This document shows, one piece after another, positions 55,304 to 64,000 of a stretch of 64,000 nucleotides of DNA. The notes beneath the pieces were generated by a model that ran no database searches, was not told the origin of the DNA, and was given only the letters and a program-made list of their open reading frames with translations. The stretch spans positions 182,280,001-182,344,000 of the forward strand of contig OX597815.1 of NCBI GenBank assembly GCA_951406725.2. The letters are read 5' to 3'. Position numbers and translations under genes: made by a program. The DNA is from Octopus vulgaris (taxonomy: Eukaryota). The stretch's first letter is position 1. The number at the start of each line of letters is the position of its first letter.

Positions 55304-55549
55304 CCTTCTCTCTGTTTTATTATTTTGTGTTTCGTACAGTTTTCAGCCATATATGTTATGTATGTGTGTATTAATGTTTGTTTTTGTCAATATTCAGTTA
55401 TAACGAAAGCAATCTTACATTAATATAATGGGTTACTCTGTATTATTGTAGAGTAAAAATTTATTTTTCATAAACAAGAATGCTTTCGACTGTGACTTCT
55501 AAGTCTCGGCCAGCCTAACCATCATCGCACTGCTTAGCATTAGCGTATA

Positions 55550-55624
<75 letters not shown>

Positions 55625-57859
55625 ATATGTATGTATGTAACATATGGTATAAATAAAAATAGGGCAAATTTTAGTCATTTCCTCTGCAGATAGAAAAAAT
55701 GGATGAACAAACTCAATCGATTTTCGAACCTTACTGGGTTCTCATTAGAGACGTCCACATCATTCTGACATTCTCCAGAGAAACAATCAACCAAATTGTA
55801 TATATACTCAACAAATGCAGCAGTTACTCTATGAAGGAGTCCCTAATTTGCATACCGAAAGTGTTTAACACTCTATAAATACCAGCAGCCTGTCAATGGA
55901 GATCTTAGTCCACACAGTATCAAGGTATGATATAATAAGTAACATATGTTATAATTATAAACACACACACATACACACACGCACATATATGGTCAAAAAC
56001 TTTACAAAACACAAAATAAAGTTTTCACATTTACATAATGAAGCCATCAATTTGGTGATGAGACTCCTACTTAGAGCTTCGTCTACACTGGTTACTGGAA
56101 TCGGTTGTGCTGACCGCTACTGATGAGACTGCTACTGACTGCTAGTAAGTGTTACTGACCGCAGATTGTTCCTAGGTGAGCCTGCTACTGACTAGCATTG
56201 GAATAGGGAAGGAGCAAGACTGACTTCCCTATTTGTAAATAGAGTTCTGTTCTAATGTTTATGTAAATATTATGAAATTATTAATTTCGTATCCGGAATG
56301 TTTGCCGCAGAAAAGATATTGTCGAATGAATAAAGAAATTCTAAATGAGTTAAGAAATTGTTTTATTCCTTCTTATTGGTTGAAACAATTATATATAAAG
56401 GGGAGTAATCCATCATTTGTCTTGCGGCAAAATGCCCTATGCGGCGAACGTTCCTACGGCCAAAGATCTTAAGGCGAATATTCCAGTGGCAAAAATGTTT
56501 GCGGCACTCCTTTCTAGAACCCATTAATTTTATAACATTAAAGTTTATGAATGCATCAGTAAGAGGCTATAGAAGAAAATAAATAGCTAATATTTATAAA
56601 TATCGGCCATAATGGCAGTAGGATGACGGATTAATTTTCCTGGTGAAGTCAGCTAGTAGAAATGGGGAAAACTCGAAGAATACCGCTAACAACGATTGGT
56701 TTAAAATTGGCCACTAAGACAGGGGCGCATGTGAGATATTCTACAGATATTTCAGAACAACAGTTGAGTTTTCTAAATGAATATAAAGACATCAGCTGTG
56801 CACTCAGGGTATGCAGGTATGGTTTTGTTAAGGTCATTCTCGGTTTGGAATAAGAAGATTGCGCGCAGTTGTTTGGATGCTGAGTATTTGTCACAACTGA
56901 CATGAGATCCAACTTGTTTTGGCAAAAGTACATTGTGGTGCTGGAGACACATGCGCAGATGTATTAACATATAGATAGAATGTGAGTTTTGTGGGAGACA
57001 GAGAGACGTTAAAATTTATCAATTGAACACAATTGACATAAGGACTTTCCCTCTCCTCAAACATATGAAGGGATATCTGCTCACGAACATAAACGCAGAA
57101 ACTGAAAGAGAAAAAGAGAGAAGTTTAAAGGGATGGAGAGTAATACTAAAACGAAAGAAGCATTCAAGCACCTGGTATCCAATAAGTTGGCGTCGAATCA
57201 AATGTGCAGCCCCAAAACGGCTGTACCAAAACATCTCGTACCTTTCTAGGTTATATTGGACAGGGAAATATTCTGATTTCGAAATATTTGGTTTTTCTGT
57301 TATCTTGTCTACCCTTTAAGCAGCGATCAACGCTGTCCTACAAAACTTGAACATTTAGGTGAAGTTGAATCTTTCCTTGGACATAAAGAATTTTATGCAT
57401 CGAGTAAATTTTCTCTAGAGTTCATCAGCTGTATTGCAAGAGGTGTGTAATGCTTTGGAATTGAAATATTCCAATGCCAGATGAGAGTTACTTAATAATG
57501 CACTGTTTTGGAGAGACAAGATTTCTCTCAGTGCGTAAGTGGATTGATAATGGTGTTAGCAAGTGTATATTTGGGCAAGGTTTCCATAGGGTTTATTTCT
57601 GTTACAACGTGCGATATGTACTATACAGGCAAGGTTAATATATTGTATTCCTTAATGTTAATGGGTTGTAGCCTACGTAAAGAACACTGAATAATATCTA
57701 TCATAACGCTTCTTATGTTGTTGAGTTGAAATCTTAAAGGTAATCAGGAGAGGTGGAGTGATTTCAAATTCAAATAAAACTGAATGCCCGGAAGCAACAA
57801 CGATGTCTTTTTGCGATAACGTCCCCCTATGCGACCACTACTACTACTTCTGCTGATGC

Positions 57860-57909
<50 letters not shown>

Positions 57910-57949
57910 ACATAAGTAGTAGTAGTAGTAGTAGTAGTAGTAGCAGCAT

Positions 57950-58012
<63 letters not shown>

Positions 58013-58015
58013 TAG
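57860..58015. repeat. (TAG)n microsatellite
   Basis: Read directly from the sequence. Confidence 0.97.
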
Positions 58016-59951
58016 CATGTATTTAATAATATTTAATAGTATTTAATAGTAATTACAAGAGCAAAAATAATAACAATGATAGAAGAAAGAGAATAATAGG
58101 TTTTCATATGATTATGTTGGTGACAAGTTACATAGACAGGAAGCATAATGACAATTTTATATGGCGGATGATATTATGATAATAAGAGAAGAAATGTTCC
58201 CATAGAGAATATTAAGAATTATGACAATAGGTACAGACGTAAATATTCAAACAAGGAAATACATAACATAGCATAGTATTTTACTGTGGAAGATGATTGA
58301 ATAGGATTGCTTATAAAGGTTTGTCAATAGTACCACCACAAATTCATTGATACACTTAAGAAGAGAATCAACGCGAACAATAAGCGATATATCCGAATTA
58401 AGTTTCATGCGAAGAGAAAGAAAGTAAATTCTTAAGAGGGCAATGGACACTCAAACATCATATCGATCATTAGCAAAAAAAAAAAAAGGAAAGAAAAGTT
58501 GCTTGATATTGAATTCTGTCATTTAGATGGTGAAATCTGAAAGTGTTATTCATAAATAGAAATGAATGAGAATAAATAGGCCAGAGTTAAAGATTATTCC
58601 TTTGACTCAAGCAGATAATCTTGCATGGATCGGCACAAAATAGAACCCATTGTGTTGAAGACGTGTTTTATTTTGATTGACTACTTCTCTTGACTAATAA
58701 TACTTATCAGTAATTGCAATTAGGGATGCAATGTTTCTTTGGAGATAATACATTATCTTATTTATTTCAAGTGAGGCCTGACACATCAAAGTTTCTACGT
58801 TCTGAATTGAACTGGTATTCGAATATTCATGAATAAATGTATTATTCTTGAACTATCTTATACATATGTGTGCACGCATGCGTGTATGTGTGTCTACGTA
58901 TTGATATATCAAGTATATTTGTACGCATGAATAGCTTCTATGAATCTGTGCTTTATATTTTCTATGTATCCACATACAAATGTCTCTCTCTTTCTCTCCC
59001 TATCCTGGCCTATTCACACACATATACGTATGTATACGTGAGCTTGCGAGTATAAATACTACAGGCTAATTGAACCTGGATTATTTTACAATTTTACACA
59101 TTATTTTACACATCTTTACAGTCCCATATATGACTAATTACTCGTAATGTTTCTGATTTTGCGAAAACCAGTTTTCTCTGTATTGGTATTGAGGCAGTTA
59201 ACTACAGGAAAATAAAATGCACCACAATATCACAGGTATTAATTTAAAATGATATTTCGGTTGCAGTACCTGATTTCTCATTAGTTCACCTAGATCAGTT
59301 TTATATTTTACGTTATGTTAAAGTCTGCTGGACAACTGAGTTTTATTGCTATTCACTATTTCACAATTTCTTTTCTCTCTCCTAGATAATTGTTTCCGGT
59401 CTGTTGCTCTTGTATTTTACAGAGATTTTGACAAGAGTATTCCAACAGTATTCATTTTAAATTATGAGTGAATATTATATCCACTTCTCTGTAACTTCCT
59501 ATTCCACAACATACGAACTGCAATGTATACTGTTTCATATGCTTCATAGATAAATTGTTCTGGGATGATATTTTGGGAACTTGTTTATTATGTGAGCGAC
59601 ACCTTTATTTTAATTCAACAGAAGCTGTATCGTTTGTCATATTTGTTTCATTGCGTTCCTATCCTTTTCATACATGAAGGAGTTTACCACATGTTTACCT
59701 CTATTTCTATCAATCATGTTTGTTGGCAGATGCTTTCCTTTGATGTTTTGTTCCAGAAGAATTGTACAGGTGAATCACTGCTCATCAGTCATGAAGTACT
59801 TTGTGAGTAACTTATATTCTGTCTACTTATGCTTGTCTGACTGTCTGTATCTATGCATATGTGCATGTATGTGTATGTATGTATGTATGTATGTATGTAT
59901 GTATGTATGTATGTATGTATGTATGTATGTATGTATGTATGTATGTATGTA

Positions 59952-60788
59952 CAACGTGCGATGCGTAAATTGACTCCATCTTATATTTTTAATTTCACGC
60001 ATACATTTTGACTGGTTTTGATTTTGTCGACACACAGAATAGTAGTGTCCGTGGGCACTATCGGTGAGAAAAACAGTTCACTCAGCCAGAAATTTGGAAA
60101 CATGTACTGCTTGGTATTCGCGCCGGAAGCTACAATACAAACATTTCAGGGTGCTTCGGTGTCAATCTGAGGATATGAACCGAGAGTGATGAAAACCAAA
60201 CATCCAGTCAACATCATGGTGTTTGGAGTAATCACTAGTGATGGTGACGTTATGACTCCATTCATCTTCAAACACGGCCTCACACTCAACATGGACGCCT
60301 ACATCAAGTGCCTTGAGGAGGTAGTGTTGCCCTGGGTCAAGAGGGTTGCTACTGGAATATCCTATGTCTGGCAACAGGACCCTGCACCATGCCACACAAG
60401 CAGGAGAACCCCGTCATGGCTGTCAGACAATTTCTGCGACCACCTAACTGTCCACCTAACTACCCAGAATGCAACCCCACTTCATTATTATGTGTGGAGC
60501 GCAGTTGAGCGAGAGATCAACAAAACTCCTTTTAACGTCGAAGATGAGCTGAAAGCAAGGATTATGGTAGCATTGACCAACTTAAACAAGGAGACCGTCC
60601 AGAAGAGTTGGAGGAGATTCCGAGGTCGTCTGGAGGCTGTGGTGGAAGGCAATGGTGATTTTATTGAATAGATTAATCTTTAGTATTTCAAGATATTTTT
60701 ATGTAATTTCGGTAACTATATCTGCTAAAATGATATGTCAGTGTTATTTTTATTTCTGTCTAATTTAGACGAGGTCATTCACAGCACC

Positions 60789-60791
<3 letters not shown>
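59952..60791 (+). mobile_element. Internally deleted Tc1/mariner element (maT/DD37D-like)
   Basis: ORF 60186-60671: KHPVNIMVFGVITSDG..YVWQQDPAPCHTS..YYVWSAVE..RFRGRLEAVVEGNGDFIE; degenerate inverted ends with TA flanks. Confidence 0.85.
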
Positions 60792-60840
<49 letters not shown>

Positions 60841-60872
60841 CAGTTTATTGACGAAGCGGTATGTATTCATCT

Positions 60873-60931
<59 letters not shown>

Positions 60932-61329
60932 TATATGAGTGTGTGTATGTGTGTGTGTGTGTGTATCCCTGTAGAATGTCCTTGCTAAACGAAACAAATG
61001 TACCGTTTTTACAGAATGGCGTAATTCAGTTCTGAGTTACTTACTTCTGGTTCCACTCTTCTGTGTTATTTTGGTGGGGCGTTCTTGCAGGGAGGTGGTT
61101 ACTCTTCTGTTCGAACGCTGTTTCATCTGTACATCGAATTTAAATCTGAAGTTTGTACTGGCAACTGCCTCACTAAGATGATTTTTCTTAGGAGAAATAG
61201 CTTTACTATTATTGCTGTATTTTTCATATCATAGTTACGTGCCCCCCACCCCGCAAATCCCACCTTCAGTACTCTTAGGATATAAAAGCTCACCTACTCG
61301 ATCATCTGTTTATACAGCCTACTCTTTAT

Positions 61330-61660
61330 GATTTCCTTGATCTAAATATAGCAGTGACACATTTTCCAAATATGCAGCTTTGTGCCATAATGTTGCCTTG
61401 ATCATACTCAAGTATTCGAATCAGTTTGGGCGCAAGTTTCATTTTGTTGGAACACAGCAATAAGAATTCATTGAACAGCGACTGAAATGGCCAGAACGTA
61501 TGATTGCACATACAACAATCAATTAATTTTATGCTTCGGAGCCAACTGAATCCCAGCTCCTTGTCATATCAATCAAATCTTTTTTGTTTTCGGTGCAACG
61601 CATCCCACAAACCCAAATAGATTTTAATCTAGATCGATGGTAGTGACCTCAATATGCATG
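61330..61660 (-). pseudogene. Possible Merlin/IS1595-like transposase relic
   Basis: Minus-strand HYHRSRLKSIWVCGM resembles the YHRGR..WVFG motif; otherwise heavily decayed. Confidence 0.3.
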
Positions 61661-62133
61661 AAACATTTCTGGTGAACTGTATTCAAAATGTCAAAATAAT
61701 GGCAGCTGTGAAAATATTTTATTGAAAGGACAAAGTGAAAACTTAGCAGTTTCATTGAAGATATTCAGACATTTCTGAAGAATTTTCTTTTGTTTACCGA
61801 TTACAAGTGATCATACGATGATATAATCAAATTGTAGGAACTGTTTGTCAAACTGAAATAGAGTAAAATATAAAATATGAACAAGGAAAGTAATTTTTTT
61901 CTTCTAAAATGTTCGTTAATTAAGTAACTTTAATTTCTATGACTTTCTTATTTCAGTCAGTAATTGCATTATACCAATCAAGAATTGTTCTGCTTGAGTT
62001 TCCATCATATTTTCACTTCCAACAGTAAAATATCTCTTATTTTGTCATATATTTGTAATCGTGATTACATAACCGAAAATAGAAAAATACGTTTAATCAA
62101 CATCCTTACCTTAAATGACGCCTTCTGTGTCTG

Positions 62134-62175
<42 letters not shown>

Positions 62176-62330
62176 GAATAATATATGTAATATCTCTATA
62201 CATACTTATATATATATATATATATATACATATATATAATTTATATACACACACATATGTATATATGTGTGTGCATATAGATGATGAGTAAAGCACCGGC
62301 AGAATTTCGATTACCTGTTGTTATCCGTAG

Positions 62331-62394
<64 letters not shown>

Positions 62395-62552
62395 AATTAA
62401 GGACTGGACACGAAAAAGTGGACAGTCAACATGCTAGATATAGATGTCAAATCGCCATTCTCCACAAAGATTATGTTCTCAAATAAAATAAAATTCAGCA
62501 CGACCCAAAGCAATAGATAAGACAAAAGAAATATACGAAATGGAATAATCAC

Positions 62553-62614
62553 CTGTGTACCGAACGGTTTCAGTTATTAATATCACAAGGATATCTGTAA
62601 CTTCGTCAGCACAG
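62553..62614 (-). ncRNA. Canonical type I hammerhead ribozyme
   Basis: ctgtg-CTGACGA-agtta(cagatatccttgtgatattaa)taact-GAAA-cc-gttc-gg-TA-cacag: all core nucleotides and three stems intact; inside a ~277-bp insert between (TA)n tracts. Confidence 0.85.
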
Positions 62615-62666
62615 TTTGTTATGAAAATAATTTGGTGTACTAGATGAAAAACGATACCGGAGTCTC

Positions 62667-62726
<60 letters not shown>

Positions 62727-62740
62727 ATATGTATATATAT

Positions 62741-62951
62741 GACCGCCATGTTGATTCGTTAGCTCCTGCACGCATTTATTTTCTCTCCTTGTTTCTCTCC
62801 GTGTTTCTTTTCTGTGTATCTTTCTGTTGAAGAGCGTAGTCTCGAAACGTAAAAGACTTGTTTTATTTCTATTCCTGAGCGCCATACTAATACAATTGTT
62901 TGTTTGTACTCCACCTGCATTCGTCTTTTGTTTATTTTCGTAAAGCTTCCT

Positions 62952-62953
<2 letters not shown>
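62741..62953 (+). mobile_element. Family H1 short repeat with minimal hammerhead variant
   Basis: tcttt-CTGTTGA-a-gag-cgtagt-ctc-GAAA-cg-TA-aaaga at 62819-62856; (TA)n on both sides. Confidence 0.75.
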
Positions 62954-63027
<74 letters not shown>

Positions 63028-63375
63028 AAAAAAGGAGATGTCGAACACGAGTGGTGATATATAAAAAAGGAAATGAAGAAAATGCTGACAAATAATTGAA
63101 GTAATTTAAGTAATTTAATTAGGTGAAAGTTCTTTTTACCGGTTGCGCATTTGTTATGCTTATCAAAATATAAAAGAGAGATTAGAGTCTGTCTCTTATA
63201 TGTGAAAAAAAGAGGCTCCAGAGTTGTTTTGGATTTGCTTGGTTTCGCGCCTAAAATTTTGATTGGTCATTATGAAGGGGTCACGTGAATGTTGGTGTTG
63301 GGGTAAGAAAAAAGGCTCCAGAGAAGTTAAAATTTGGCTAGTGTCCCGCCTAAAATTTCTTATTGGCCATAATAA

Positions 63376-63943
63376 AGACACCATCCTCCAGAACATTCCT
63401 GTATTACAACAGGACCATAGAATGAACCAAATCCTCCTAACACACGAAATCATAAAGAGCAAAAGGCAACCCAAATCATTGAAAACCATCCTAACAAATG
63501 CCAAAGTACTGCCAACCACAACAACTAAACCCACAGTAAACAAATGCAATAGACCCAACTGTGGTATATGCATCAACCTAATAGAAGGTCCGGAATTCCT
63601 TTTTAAACAAGGACAACGTTTCACAGTAAAACACAACTTCACATGCGCATCAGAAAACCTAGTATATGTCTTAACTTGCTCGGGCTGTAATGAACACTAC
63701 ATAGGCCAAACAAAAAATAGCCTCCGCCAACGCATGACTGTCCACAGATCCCAAATAAAAATACAGGAATATAGAAAAATAGCATTTAGTGCACATATTG
63801 ATACCTGTGCCGCACAACTCCATCCCAATTTTAGAATATTTCCCCTCTACAAATTTAAAGACAATGCCACTCATACCCAGCGAATAACTATGGAATCCCA
63901 CCTTATTAATAAATACAGACCACTTCTAAACACATGCCCCTAA
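63376..63943 (+). CDS. Penelope-like (Neptune-type) ORF C-terminal fragment with Zn-finger linker and GIY-YIG endonuclease
   Basis: KRQPKSLKTIL; CNRPNCGIC..FTCASENLVYVLTCSGC..YIGQTKNSLRQRMTVH..H..R..ESHLINKYRPLLN; 5'-truncated. The listed ORF start at 63263 reads through unrelated sequence. Confidence 0.88.
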
Positions 63944-64000
63944 CACGAACCCACAACAAACACACTTACACCTGCACACACCCTACACACACCTTTACCC

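Noticed and set aside
56400-57720. Possible MULE/FLYWCH relic with ~15-bp subterminal repeats and a decayed GIY-YIG
   Set aside because: Only faint resemblance with many stops; needs an HMM search.

Overview
AT-rich, microsatellite-saturated eukaryotic DNA. The tRNA-derived SINEs and (TA)n/(TACA)n density suggest an octopus-like cephalopod (inference). I recognise no host protein-coding gene, and most listed ORFs are translated microsatellites. The window holds a near-full-length but disrupted R4/Dong-type RT+RLE retrotransposon inside an (AAT)n tract, with a CR1-like 3' fragment nested in frame in its zinc knuckle. It also holds two 5'-truncated Penelope-like elements (GIY-YIG), one forming a ~983-bp-arm inverted repeat, plus Tc1/mariner relics, MITEs and four SINE families. 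The most notable signal is a set of short non-coding inserts in (TA)n tracts that each carry a type I hammerhead ribozyme (HHR) fold. These include a canonical HHR at 62553-62614, a 135-bp palindrome encoding an HHR on both strands at 54692-54826, and a three-copy family with a shared core variant. There is also a tRNA-headed element with Penelope-like inverted termini. All folds and alignments were done by eye and need computational and experimental confirmation.
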